From: the human T2T-CHM13v2.0 reference genome, Homo sapiens
Length of the DNA: 64,000 nt
Assembly: GCF_009914755.1 (NCBI RefSeq)
Contig: NC_060942.1
Direction: 5' to 3' (one strand)
Shown: in pieces, positions 1 through 13,248 of the stretch
Layout of the letters: each line of letters opens with the position of its first letter
How positions within the stretch are numbered: the first letter of the stretch is position 1
Program-made: the position numbers and the translations under genes
The notes under the pieces: generated by a model
What the model was told of the DNA's origin: nothing
The model's input: only the letters and a program-made list of their open reading frames with translations
The model's database searches: none

Positions 1-172
1 GGTGTTTGGGAGACATTTCCCAAAGCACTATGAAGATGATGCTCTTTTGTACAGCGGCCTTTTAGCTAAAGTTTGGTGATGAGGAAAGGGAAATACAGAA
101 CAGTGAAAAAAAAAAAAAGCAGGACTTCATACTAAATATTAGCTAACAGGCTGCCAAATAAAACAAATGCCA

Positions 173-176
<4 letters not shown>

Positions 177-204
<28 letters not shown>
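177..204. repeat. (TA)n microsatellite
   Basis: Run of TA dinucleotides. Confidence 0.95.
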
Positions 205-205
<1 letters not shown>

Positions 206-700
206 ACAAAAATACAGCTAAAAATTCCACAGCCGAGTCAACTTTAATTGTGCCAAGGGAGGAAATACACATCAACGATTAAATTCACTAAGTACTTCCA
301 TGAGGGGAAAGCTCAAACATCTTAAAGAACTGAAAAGGAGTTCACAGGCATTATGATAATTGGGAACTGAAACTAGTATAATGGAGAGGACAGAATGAGT
401 TCATTGGTCTGTATACAGTTGGTTAAAAGAATTTCTTTGATCCTTGCTCAGGAAAATCTTGTTAGTTCCAGTAAGAGTCTGGTGTCTTAGGGTCAAAATT
501 TATGACCCAATGTAAACTTCAGCAGATTATAATTGGTTGGGATGAAATCCATAAGAAACTTTTGATATCTCAGGTAAAAGCTTCTGTAAGAGAAACATTT
601 TCCTTTTGAAGTGTTCATACTGTCTTGACACAGAGTTTGTGGTTTTTTAACTGACATTTTTTTCCTAAGTTTCTACTATCGCCATGTAATGAAAAACTAG

Positions 701-1272
701 AAATACCATTTGACCCAGCCGTCCCATTACTGGCTATATACCCAAAGGATTATAAATCATGCTGCTATAAAGACACATGCACATGTATGTTTACTGCAGT
801 ACTATTCACAATAGCAAAGACTTGGAACCAACCCAAATGTCCATCAGTGATAGACTGGATTAAGAAAAGGTGGCACATATGCACTATTGAATACTATGCA
901 GCCATAAAAAAGGATGAGTTCATGTCCTTTGTAGGGACATGGATGAAGCTGGAAATCATCATTCTGAGCAAACTATCGCAAGGACAGAAAACCAAACACC
1001 GCATGTTCTCACTCATAGGTGGGAATTGAACAATGAGAACACTTGGACACAGGAAGGGGAACATCACACACTGGGGCCTGTTGTGGGGTGGGGGGAGGGG
1101 GGAAGGATAGCATTAGGAGATATACCTAATGTAAATGAGGAGTTAATGTGTGCAGCACACCAACATGGCACATGTATACATATGTAACAAACCTGTATGT
1201 TGTGCACATGTACCCTAGAACTTAAAGTATAACAAAAAATAAATTAATTAAATTAAATTAAAAAAAGAAAAT
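701..1272 (+). mobile_element. 5'-truncated primate L1 (L1PA-type) 3' end
   Basis: ORF2 C-terminus (…KTWNQPKCPS…HRMFSLIGGN), G-rich 3'UTR and A-rich tail. Flanked by AAAAACTAG at 692-700 and 1273-1281 (probable TSD, overlapping L1 microhomology). Confidence 0.95.
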
Positions 1273-2343
1273 AAAAACTAGTCCCCTTCTTTGCAAGAGG
1301 TTTCTCCCAACTTCCTTCTTATTTGAGGTCTGGGCTCCTGAAACTCTGTCTCCTAGATTGCCCATGGAAAACTAAAATTATATTAATTTATTATATATTT
1401 CTTGATCATTGTTTTTCCCCTGCCAAGAAAGTATAATTTATTATATATTTCTAATCTTTATATTTTCTTCCTGATAAACTAGTTCCAGACTTCACCTTTT
1501 ATTAGCAAGAAAATTATTTTTCCTTAAGAAAAAGGTTTATAGGTTTGAAATAAATTTTATTTTTTCTCCCAACCCCTTTCTTTAGGAAAATTACCAGCAA
1601 AGAAATTTGTCTTATTAGCTTTTAAAACTACAAATATTTTCATCCTGCCTTATATATTCACAATTGTGGAAATTATTTTTGGTACAGAATACCAAACAAG
1701 AAAGGAAAGGAGGTGTTGAGAAAATGGTGGAAGAAGTGAGAAGTAAGGAGAAAAATTCAGCAGAGGGAAGAATAGAAGTAAGTAGAAGAGGGCAAGATAA
1801 CAAATTTAATGCATCCTCCAGCTCTAAGCTTATAGATACGATACCTATCCTGTCCATTAAATATTAAATTACTAAAGAAAATGTTTATTCAACTACAATC
1901 AACTTCTTTAAAAAATACGAGTAGGATTTTTATGGTACAATTTCAGGTATACATGGTCCACAAGGAGAGAATATATTTGCATTCTCTAGTACCTTCCTTT
2001 TTTGCCTAAAATAAAATATTAGACGAGGAAGAAGACATAGACAGTTGAGTTGCTACAATTTTGTTGTGGCTATTAGCTCTCTATTACATTATCCAATTGG
2101 TTTAAAACAATCCAAAGATTGTTTGTGCAGTTAAGAAATTCTAATGTCTCTTAGACATGAAAAAGAGAAAGTTGTTTTTCAAAAATGATTTTGTCTTAGA
2201 ATTTCCTTGGGCATTTGCAGACATTCTCTCCTAAACAAGTTTTCAGACTGCTGCTGCCACCTAGAGAACTAATTTGATATTTCTCTACAGCCAATAAAGA
2301 AAACAACAACCAGACATTGTTTTTGTTATTGCAATGTGCTGTG

Positions 2344-2840
2344 TGTTGGAGAGAAAAGTAATAATCTATTGTGTCACCCCTTGCAAGGTTCATGGTTGAG
2401 ACCTCTATAACAAAAGACGGATTAATAATAAAAAATCATGTAAACTTATTTTACATAACACAGGAGGGTTTGGAAATGAAGACCTAAAGAAACAGGGGAA
2501 TATGTGCATTTTTATGGAAAGTCTTGTAACAGAAGGATTGAAGGACAAAAGAGTGTAATCTAATGGTATTAAACTGATGGGAACTTATCAAAGCCTGTTT
2601 GTTCAGATACTTCTCTGTGTTTCTGTGTCTTCAGAGATAAAAATGTTCCCTTTTTCCTGGTATAGGGAGGGCACATGTGGCTTGAGAATCTTATGACATA
2701 CTTCAAGGGAAGGTCAGCTAGGTTTTATCCCACCCTTTGGGAAAGAAGTGAGAGGAGGTCAGAGAGACCTTCCTGCTTTTGCTGTTTTCTCAAATGCCGA
2801 GGTGCCATATTTTGAGGCAGGTGTCCTAAACCTGGTCACA
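2344..2840 (-). mobile_element. Solo ERV1 LTR, MER34/MER39-like
   Basis: TG…CA ends. Minus strand reads …cctcaaaatatggcacctcggcatttgagaaaacagcaaaagcaggaaggtctctctgacc…, typical of this LTR group. Confidence 0.65.
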
Positions 2841-3495
2841 TGCATTCTTATCATTTCACATTAAGTATTAACCTCCTCATATTTTTATTGTAACATTGTG
2901 TCCTAAAGTTAAATCATTTATATCTTAATGTGTCTTAGTGTTAAATCACTTATTTGTTACCTGGGTCCTTTATATGATGTAGAGAATTGAAACCTGGCTT
3001 TCTGGGTAAATTGCTGCATAGAATTTCTACAAATGAAAAGTAGTCTTACTCATTCCATCTAACAGTAAAAGTAGCCCATTCAAATAAATAATAAATATTA
3101 ATAGTTATTTGCATGATAATATTTTCAGAATAATGTAATTCAAATGCGTTAGTATTTTCCAGTGTTTATATCTTCTTGGACTCACTTTACTGGTACTCAT
3201 GTGTCTTGCAAAGGAGGTATTTAATAGACTTCATATGTAACCCAAAGCAAAATATTATTTGCATTAAAGATATTCAAAATCAAATCTTATAGGCAATGAT
3301 ATCTATCTAAATTTGTCAGTCACAGTAAATAATAGTGAATTTATTTTTGAATTGTTAGTGAAGTTAGCTACTAATATGGAATATCTTCTTGAGCTCCATT
3401 TCTGTAGTTTAAAAAAAGGTGATATCTTTTTGTTAATAAGCATCCTCTTATTGAGAGACTTCTGTTATTCACAGAATTCTATGCCAATCAACAGC

Positions 3496-3562
3496 TGGAT
3501 TAGTCAGGGTTCTCTAGAGGGACAGAGCTAATAGGATATATATATATATATGTGTGTGTGTG

Positions 3563-3602
<40 letters not shown>

Positions 3603-3821
3603 AAGTTAATAATAAGCTCCCATATATATATATATATATATCTCCATATCTCCTGAGATCATACACAATCTTCAAATAAAGACAATAATAAGTTCATTAT
3701 ATATATATACACATATATATATACATATATATATACACATATATATATACATATATATATACACATATATATATACATATATATATACACATATATATAC
3801 ATATATATATACATATATATG

Positions 3822-3857
<36 letters not shown>

Positions 3858-4242
3858 AGTATATTAAGTATTAACTCATGCTATCACAATGTCCCACAAT
3901 AGGCTATCTGCAAGCTGAGGAGCAAGGAGAGCCAGTCGGAGTCCCAAAACTGAAGAACTTGGAGTCCAGTGTTCAGTGGCGGGAAGCATCCAGCACAATG
4001 GAAAGGTGTAGGCTGGGAGGTTAGGCCAGTCTAGTCTTTTCACATTTTTCTGCCTGCTTTATTTTTAGCTGCACAGGCAGCTGATTAGATGGTGCCCACC
4101 CAGATTAACGGTGGGTTTGCCTTTCCCAGCCCACTGACTCAAATGTTAATCTCCTTTGGCAACACCCTCACAGACACACCCCAGGGTCAATACAGTGCAT
4201 CCTTCAATCCAATCAAATTGACACTCAGTGTTAACCATCACA
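3496..4242 (-). mobile_element. HERV-L 3' LTR (MLT2A) with expanded TA/TG/CA microsatellite
   Basis: Minus strand starts tgtgatggttaacactgagtgtcaa. Matches 9791-10366 with about 45 differences over about 387 nt outside the microsatellite (hand count). Confidence 0.95.
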
Positions 4243-4254
4243 AGCCCACCCCTT
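4243..4254 (-). other. HERV-L polypurine tract
   Basis: Minus strand aaggggtgggct directly abuts the 3' LTR. Confidence 0.7.
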
Positions 4255-4729
4255 GTCAACTTGAACCTATAGAACATCTCCTGAGATCATACATAATCTT
4301 CAAATAAAGACAATAATAAGTTCATAATTACACCTAACATAATACAACTATCCTTCATACAACCAGCAATGCACCAATACTGAACTGAAATATTATAACA
4401 AAATGTTAACAATACTTAAGTGTTATTACAAAGTCAATAAATTTTATGTCACATGATAAAAGAAAAAGGAAATGAGATGAAGATATGTTCTTAGTACAAG
4501 TGTATACATGCACAAACATGTTTTTAACAAAAGAAGGAGGAAATATGCATGACAATTATAGTCCTGGTTTCTGTAGCTGGTCACATGGTCATAGTTGGTA
4601 TTGATGACTACCTTCTTCTACTACGCATTCTGTATTCTCTTTGCCTTCAGCAAGCACTTCAGCAAGTCTTGGTTTTTTCCTGGTAAAGTGACATAAACCT
4701 TCATTCCTGAAGAGTTTAGGCCATTTGTA

Positions 4730-5070
4730 GTCCTGCCTGGATTTGGTTGTTGTAGTTTCCCATTGACCTTAATCACAGGGTATGGTAATACTAAGAGACA
4801 CCCTAATGGATCTCCTGTATTCCATGCATTCTCTTCCTTACCTCCGTTGTGGACTAGTAGACTGACTTAATCTTGACAGTCCAGGTCAATCACCCCAGCC
4901 AACACTGTAACTCCTTCACCTGTTGACCTAAAGGTAGGAGGAGCCCAAAGTGTCCAGGTGGCAATCTTAACTTCCAGTTTAATGGAATTGTTGTTATGTC
5001 TCCTGGTGGCAGCATTCCTCCCTCTGGAACTAAGACATCTAGGCCAGCAGAATGTAATGTCACAGAAACA
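4730..5070 (-). pseudogene. dut: HERV-L dUTPase remnant
   Basis: LVPEGGMLPPGDITTIPLNWKLRLPPGHFGLLLP in ORF 4890..5285. Lies downstream of integrase as in ERV-L. Frameshifted. Confidence 0.85.
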
Positions 5071-7900
5071 AGAAGTAAAAATTTTGTTCGTGGATCACTA
5101 GGGGTGATGGTGAGTGGTGCAACTTCCACTTCCACCCCTTGATTCCTGGACCCATGAATCCTGGCTATGGGAGAAACCGTATCATACATTGGATGCTGAT
5201 TCAGAGCATACATGGCCTTCTGGAGAACTTTGCCCCACTCCTGCAAAGTATTGTCACCTAGTTGACATTGTAATTGGGACTTCAAAAGGCCATTTCACTG
5301 TTCTATCAATGCAGCTGCTTCAGGATAATGGGGAACATGGTAAGATCAGTGAATTCTATGAGCATGAGCCCACTGCCACACTTCTTTAGCTGTAAAGTGA
5401 GTGCCTTGGTCAGAGGCAATGCTGTGTGGAATACCATGATAAGGCATTCCGTGAGTCCACAGATGGTAGTCTTGGTGGAAGCATTCCGTGCAGGATAGGC
5501 AAACCCATATCAAGAGTAAGTGTCTATTCCTGTGAGGACAAACCTTTGCCTTTTCCATGATGGAAGAGGTCCAATATAATCAACCTGCCACGAGGTAGCT
5601 GTCTGATCACCTCTAGGAATTGTGCTGTATCAAGGGCTCAGTGTTGATCTCTGTATCTGGCAAATTGGACACTCAGCAGTGGCCATAGCCAGGTCAGTTT
5701 GGTGAGTGAAAGTCCATGTTGCTGAGCCCATGTGTAACCTCCATCCCTGCCACCATGGCCACTTGGTTCATGGGCCCACTGGGCGATGACAGGGGTGGCT
5801 GTGGAAAGAGACTGAGTGTTGTCCACAGAATGGTCCATCCTATCCACTTGATTATTACAATCCTCCTCTGCTGAGGTCACCCTGTTGGCTAGCACTCACA
5901 TCGGATACAAATGTCTTCAGTTTTTGACCATGCAGAGAGGTTCATCCACATAACTTTTCCCCAAATTTCTTTGTCACCAATTTTCCAATCATGCTTCTTC
6001 CATGTCCCTGACCATCCAGCCAAACAATTGGCTACAGCCCACGAATCACTATATAATCACACATCTGGCCATTTCTCTTCCCATGCAAAGTGTACAACCA
6101 GGTGTACTGCTCAAAGTTCTGCCCACTGGGAAGATTTCCCTTCACTGCTGTCCTTCAGGGATGTCTTAGAAAGGGGCTGTAGCGCTGCAGCTGTCCAGTT
6201 TCAGGTGGTGCCTTCATATCATGCAGAATCATCTATGAACCAGCCCCTAGTCTTCTCTTCCTCTGTCAACTGTTCATAGGGAACTCCTCATGTGCCCATC
6301 GGTGTAGGCTGGGGGAGAGAAGGCAGGGTGACCAAAGTGGAGACCATAGATATTTGAGCCACTTCCTCATGTGACTTACTTGTGCCTTCAGGACCTGCTT
6401 GAGCCCAATCACATATATACCATTTCCATTTGATGATGGAATGCTGCTGTGTGTGACCCATTTTATGGCTAGATGGGTCAGAAAGCACCAAGTTCATCAT
6501 AGGCTGCTCAGGTCACATGGTGAATAGATGACCCATAGTCAAACATTCAATTTCCACCAACGCCCAGTAATAGCCCAAGAGCCATCTCTCAAAAAGAGAG
6601 TAGTTATCTGCAGAAGACGGCAGGGCCTTGCTCCAAAATCCTAGAGGCCTCCACTGTGATTCACCTATGGGAGCCTGCCAAAGGCTCCACACAGCATCCC
6701 TATCTGCCACTGACACCTGAAGCACCATTGGATCTGCTGGGTGGGTCATATGGCCCAAGTGGCAAAGCAGCTTGCACAGCAGCATGGACCTGTTGCAGAG
6801 TCTTATGCTGTTCTGGGCCCCACAGAAAACTGACAGCCTTTGAGGTCACTTGATAAATGGGCCAGAGTAACACACCCAGATGAGGAATGTATTGACTCCA
6901 AAATCCAAGGAGGTCCACTAGGTCTTGTGCCTCTTTCTCGGTTGTAGGAGGAGCCAAATGGAGTAACTTAGCCTTCACCTCAGAAGGAATATTTCAACAG
7001 GCCCCACACCACTGGACCCCTAGAAATTTTACTGAGGTAGAAGGTTCCTGAATTTTAGTCAAATTCATTTCCCATCCTCTGGCACACAAATGTCTCACCA
7101 ATAAGTCCAGTGTGTTTGCTACTTCTTGCTCACTGGATCTAATCAGAATAATGTCATCCATGTAATTGAGCAGTGTGATATCTTGCAGAAGAAGCAAAAA
7201 GTGACCAAGATCTCTCTGAATAAGATTATGACACAAAGCGGGAGAGTTGATATACCCCTGAGGTAGGAGAGTAAAGGTATATTGCTGGCTTTGCCAGCTG
7301 AAGGCAAGTTGCTTCTGGTGGGCCTTATGGACAGGAATTACAAAAAAGGCATTTGCCAAGTCAATGGCTGCATACCAGGTACTGGGAAATGTGATAATTT
7401 GCTCAAGCAATAAACCACATCTGGTACAGTAACTGCAATTGGAGTCACCACTTTGTTAAGCTTATGATAATCTACTGTCATTCTCCAAGATCCATCTGTC
7501 TTCTGCACAGGCCAAATGGGAGAGTTGAATGGGGATGTGGTGGGAATCACCACTACTGCATCTTTCAAGTCCTTGATGGCGGCACTAATCTCCACAATCC
7601 CTCCAGGGTTGTGATCGTGTCTTTTATTTGGTATTTTTCTAGGTAGAGGCAGTTCTAATGGCTTCTGTTTGGCCTTTCCCACCATAGTAGCCCTCACCCT
7701 ACCAGTCTTATACTGGACCCACTGTAAGTTGTACCTGAGCAAAACTCCATTAATTACCTGACCCTTCATAAGTCCCTATTTTAAGTGGAAGACCACAATG
7801 ACATTTTGGGTCCCCTGAACTCAATGTCAGCTCAGAGCCAGTATCCAGTAGTCCTGAAATGTCTGATCATTTCCCTCTCCCCAGTGCACAGTTATCCTAC
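5071..7900 (-). pseudogene. pol: HERV-L pro-pol (protease, RT, RNase H, integrase), with multiple frameshifts and stops
   Basis: Protease LDTGSELTL (~7825-7850). RT motifs [44 protein letters not shown] and YMDD. Connection-domain PLGFWSKALP. Integrase WAHEPSGHGGRDG and IASDQGTHFT. Confidence 0.95.
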
Positions 7901-8089
7901 TAAAAAGCTGGAGTTCCCTTTGGGGAAGTGTGAGAGAAAGATTAAGAGCATAAATTGTCAGTAGTGCAGTGGGGTCCTTCCTCAAGGGGACCCAGCCTCC
8001 CCTTCATTCAAGGGGTTCTGGGTATGCAAACTGGTTCAAGTCTCGAAAATGATTGAGGGGCCATGATTTTTCTGTCTTTATAATTCAAA

Positions 8090-9746
8090 TTAGTCTTTTG
8101 TCCAGTTTACTGCTTATATAAATTAAGTAGGGTTAAGTAGGAATCTGGTAGGCTTCCTATCAATTTCACTTCTAGAAACACTGTGAGTAATTAGCCAGTG
8201 CCAGAGCTCTACATGAGTCAGACTATTCTGATTGATGTTTTGCCTCTGCTGTCCATTACTGTAGCTAAGCACACCTTGCCTTTGATGGTTGGGTGCCACC
8301 ACTTTGCCCCTGACACCTCGGGATCCAATTGTTCACATTGTATTTAAATTTTGTAGTTGAGTGACTGTGATTCCCTCTGTTAGATCTGACATACAGAGAA
8401 GAACAATTACAGGGCTCTTCAAAGATGCAGGTGCTGCCCTCACAAATCTATTTCACAAGGCTTTGGTCAAATGTATGTCTTCTGGACCCTCCCAGCTGGG
8501 ATAAGTAGGTCTAAAGTGACTAATCCACTCCACCATCCCAATCTCCCTAAGCCTTTGGGTCCCTTCCTCTACATTAAACCAAGGGAGATCAGGCATTTCC
8601 AGCTGGCTGTCAGGGAGCCATCTTTTAATCCATATTTCAGCTAACCAAGCAAATAAACTATTAGAACTTTTTAAACTCCCTGAGCTGCAACATTAAATGC
8701 AGAGTCCTACTTAGAGGGCCCAAATTAATAAATTCAGTCTGATCCAACTCTGTGTTCCTTCCACCATTATCCCATGCCCTTAATATCCATTCCCATGCCT
8801 GTTCTCCCAATTTTTGCTTATATAAATTAGAAAACTCAAGCAGTTATTTTCAAGTGTAGCACACCTCCTCATGAGTCACACTCTCAACCTCACCTCTAGG
8901 GGCCTGCTGGGACTTTAATGTAGTAATAGGTCTAGAAACAAACAGGGGTGTTAGCAGAGGCTCCTGGGGAGAATCAACATTATCTTGCCTGGCAACTACC
9001 TCAGGGGAGGAGGCCATCACTGTTGCTTAAGGCAGTGCCATGTTTATCTCCTCAGACAAAGGTGGAAAGGCTGATGGCAGCATGGATTGGGGAGGGGATG
9101 TTGCCACTACTGGGGATGGGAAGCTGTTTCTTCTGGTAAACACATTTCATCAGAGTTTACAAACTTGGTGTCCCCGGCTTCAACAGGGTCCTCTCACACA
9201 TCCCCATTCTAAGTTGCAAGGTCCCATTCCATTCCAATCAACAACCTCACTTTAACAGTAGACACCTGGCAAGACTGTGCATGCACCTTTCGTTGCAGGT
9301 CACCCGCTCACATGATAAGAGCTTGTGGCTGTTTTTCCACAATTTCAACTCTTTCTTTACAGGAGATAAGACTCACTCAGGGCAATCTTAGCAGATTTGA
9401 GGCTCAATATCTGCTTCTGAAGCTGGGAAATATAATCCCTGAGTTCATCATTTTCTTTCATCACTTTGTCCACTGGACTTAGGAACAACCAACCAGCTTC
9501 ATTATGTTCCTTGGTTCCCCACATATGGTCAAAGGTGTTATGTATAGAGTCACTAAACTTCTTGCCTCTCATAAGAAAGGAATCAGGAGTGTTAAATTCA
9601 TTTATTCTGCATAACGCTGTAAACAGTTCACACCAAGGATTATCAGTGTTCTCCATACTATTGGAAGTACAGTCCTTAGCATTTTGGAGTTTAATCATAT
9701 TAATCAACCAACTCCAGAAATTCAAAAGGCAATGAAAGAACTCCAT
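8090..9746 (-). pseudogene. gag: HERV-L gag remnant
   Basis: ORF 9357..9746 (…SMENTDNPWCELF…DKVMKENDELRD…) lies just downstream of the PBS. The remainder is disrupted. Confidence 0.85.
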
Positions 9747-9770
9747 CCTTAATATTCTGTTTCTATAGAA

Positions 9771-9785
9771 CCACTCCTGGTACCA
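9771..9785 (-). other. Primer-binding site, tRNA-Leu
   Basis: Minus strand TGGTACCAGGAGTGG is complementary to the tRNA-Leu(TAA) 3' end …CCACTCCTGGTACCA, 5 nt from the 5' LTR. Confidence 0.9.
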
Positions 9786-9790
9786 AAATC

Positions 9791-9920
9791 TGTATTAGTC
9801 AGGGTTCTCTAGAGGAACAGATCTAATAGTGTGTGTGTGTGTGTATACACACATATATATATACACACATATATATACATACACATATATATCATTTAAA
9901 TATATATCCATATATGTGAA

Positions 9921-9979
<59 letters not shown>

Positions 9980-10366
9980 GGGAGTTTATTAAGTATTAAC
10001 TCATGTGATCACAAGGTCCCACAATAGGCCATCTGCAAGTTGAGGAGAAAGGAAAGCCAGTCAGAGTCCCAAAACTGAAGAGACTGGAGTCTGATGTTCA
10101 AAGGCAGGAAGCACCCAGCACAAGAGAAAGATGTAGGCTGGGAGGGTAGGACAATCTAGTCTTTTCACATTTTTCTGCCTGCTTCATATTCTAGCCACAT
10201 TGGCAGCTGATTAGATGGTGCCCACCCAGATTAAGGGTGGGTCTGCCTTTCTCAGCCCATTGACTCAAATGTTAATCTTCTTTGGCAACACCCTCAAGAC
10301 ACACCCAGGATCAATCCTTTGCATCCTTCAATCCAATCAAGTTGACACTCAGTATTAACCATCACA
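9791..10366 (-). mobile_element. HERV-L 5' LTR (MLT2A)
   Basis: TG…CA ends, internal TG/TA microsatellite, adjacent to the PBS. Confidence 0.95.
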
Positions 10367-11983
10367 ACAGCCTAGGAGTGTAAATGGAGAATCCATGACA
10401 TTACATGGAGGGCTTGTAATTCATGAAGTGTGGGAGAGCTAGCCAGGATGTAAGCTCTACAATCCTGAAATGCAGAGTCTGCTTCTTACCAAAAAGCTGC
10501 TTGATACTGGTGAGAAGCTAATGCTTCTTAAATCACCATACTCATGGTGAAGAACAAGTTTATTTATTTTCTCCATCTGTTTTGATGGCTACTTATGAAA
10601 AGTGCAATAAAAAACAATATAGAAAAATGAAATGCAAAGACAACGGACCTGCAAAAGGAAATCAAGCATCCATTTTTAATTACTATATTTGCTAGTAACA
10701 AATTTAATCTTAAAAAGTGATCCAAATATTACTGCTCACTCTCAATTCCATTGGTCATTGCCAACTGATATCAAACAGTTCCTGAACTGATGTAGGCCCA
10801 TGGACCTCTGAGGAGCTTTGCTCTTGACCTTCCTGTTTCTGAACCCAATTTCATGGTGTGATGGCTTTGGAAAAAATAAATCAATTCCATGAGAGCAGGG
10901 GCTGTTATCACTCTTGCTCAGACTTAAAAGCTATGGAATCAAGTCATCCTCTCTTTTAATCTAGATTCCTAATTTTGTATTTAGCCCCAGATCTTTTACA
11001 GTCTGAAGAGGATGCCAGTCCAAAGGCTGTCAGGCATAGTACAACAGGAGGCAAGTGTGTACCACAGCAGTGACAGGAAATGATTCATACAGCAGTTGTA
11101 ATGTAGGGTAAGAAAAAAAGCAATCCTGTTCAGCTCCTAGAAAATAACAGCACACCCTGCTGCTAACTCATTTTTCTCCCAAGTCTTAGCCTTTAGACTT
11201 CTAATATTTGCACTTAGGCTTTATTGTCCCTACACTCACGCTCTCACTCCCACACCACTGCCTCTGCTGTCTACTCAATATTTCAGATCCCTTGCCACAC
11301 CTCTGTTATTCTTGTAAAATCCCCTTTAGACTTTCGTTTATTCATTCTTTTTTGTTGTTCTTGTTCACCTAGACTAAAATATAGGCATTTTTCCATTGAC
11401 TACCCTATCTCTTTGGAAGCTTCCATTTCTCTCTTCCTATTGATACCCTCTGAATAAAACATGTTTAAACATCTACCACATTTATAAGTCCCCATCAATC
11501 TTATGATTAATTTCATTCTTCCAACCAGATTTGTTCTTCCTTTAGTATATTAGTCTCCTCCTGATAGAGTAGTCTTCACTGTCTTCTCTCTCTCATGTCT
11601 CATTTATTCCCTAGCCAATATGCAATTTAACTTTGGTCTGTAATTTTAAACTGAAATTGTAAATATCACCAGTGAGCTTATGAGTTCCCCACATGATGGA
11701 ACTATGTCATATATTATCTTTCTTGATGTTGATGCTTTGTCTGCCTGTTTGTCTTAATGCCTACATTGTGCTATATCAATGTGTAGTGATTGGTGTCACA
11801 CTTCCACCAAGTAGAATCTGACTCCATCTTGGATGATGTAGCATGCACATCACAAAAATTAGCTTCTTTATACCATGAACTCTTCAGTTTAGATAATTTC
11901 ATATTTTTCTTACATTTTTTCTATATCTAACATTTCCAAAAAAGGGACATATCCTTCTAGAAATAATCAAGGCATAAATTTGA

Positions 11984-12590
<607 letters not shown>

Positions 12591-13009
12591 TCTTCATAAG
12601 TGAGGGGCCTGAGCCCTGTCTATATTTTCAGAGGTCAATTAATCCAGCCTCCTTATTTGACAGGTGAAGAAGCTATAGTCAACAATAATGAAAGTATTTA
12701 TGCTAGGTTTTACTCTTGGTAGCAGTGCTAAAAATGATTCCTAGACATTTTTCTACTACAAGTACTTCTACGTATTTCCAGTGAAATATCATTAAAGGCA
12801 GGGGGGAGTGAATGTATATACAGGAGGATTTAGAATCAAAGTCCAAAGTAACTCCTGTAGGAAAAAAAAAAAAATTTGAATTTGTCCTAAGAATTAGAGC
12901 ATATTTGGCGTTTTAGTTCATAATATATCTGCGCTAGATATAATTGAAACATTAATCATTGAGTAATGATTGTTTTCTATTATGATGCATCATATGTATT
13001 CTGAAGACA

Positions 13010-13228
13010 CTGGCATTAAATAATCTGCTCTTCAAATCCTGGTTCTCAGATCTACTAACTGTGAATTGAGCAAATTAAATAACCTTAGTATGCCTCAGTT
13101 TTCTTGTATTTAAAATGAAGACATTTATGGTTTCTAGTTCAAAAAGTTTTATGAGAATTAAAAGAAATAGCATTTGTGAAACCCTTAGAACAGGTTCCTG
13201 ACATACAGAAAATGGCCAATAAATGTTA
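13010..13228 (+). mobile_element. MIR
   Basis: Core tgcctcagttttcttgtatttaaaatg…gagaattaaa…caataaatgttag. Confidence 0.85.
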
Positions 13229-13248
13229 GAGATGATTGTGATCTTTAC

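Larger units (their letters stand above)
3496..10366 (-). mobile_element. Full-length, decayed HERV-L (ERVL) provirus
   Basis: Two direct MLT2A LTRs, perfect 5-bp TSD ACAGC (3491-3495 and 10367-10371), tRNA-Leu PBS, PPT, gag-pro-pol-dUTPase order and no env. Confidence 0.97.

Noticed and set aside
490-508. GGGTCA-n7-TGACCC inverted nuclear-receptor half sites
   Set aside because: Spacing is not the IR3 of an ERE, and a single short palindrome is expected by chance in 64 kb.
2105-2124. aaacaatc-caaa-gattgttt hairpin
   Set aside because: AT-rich 8-bp arms are within chance expectation, and bacterial-type terminators are irrelevant here.
4255-4730. Possible env between dUTPase and the 3' LTR
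   Set aside because: Too short, with no ORF. ERV-L elements lack env.
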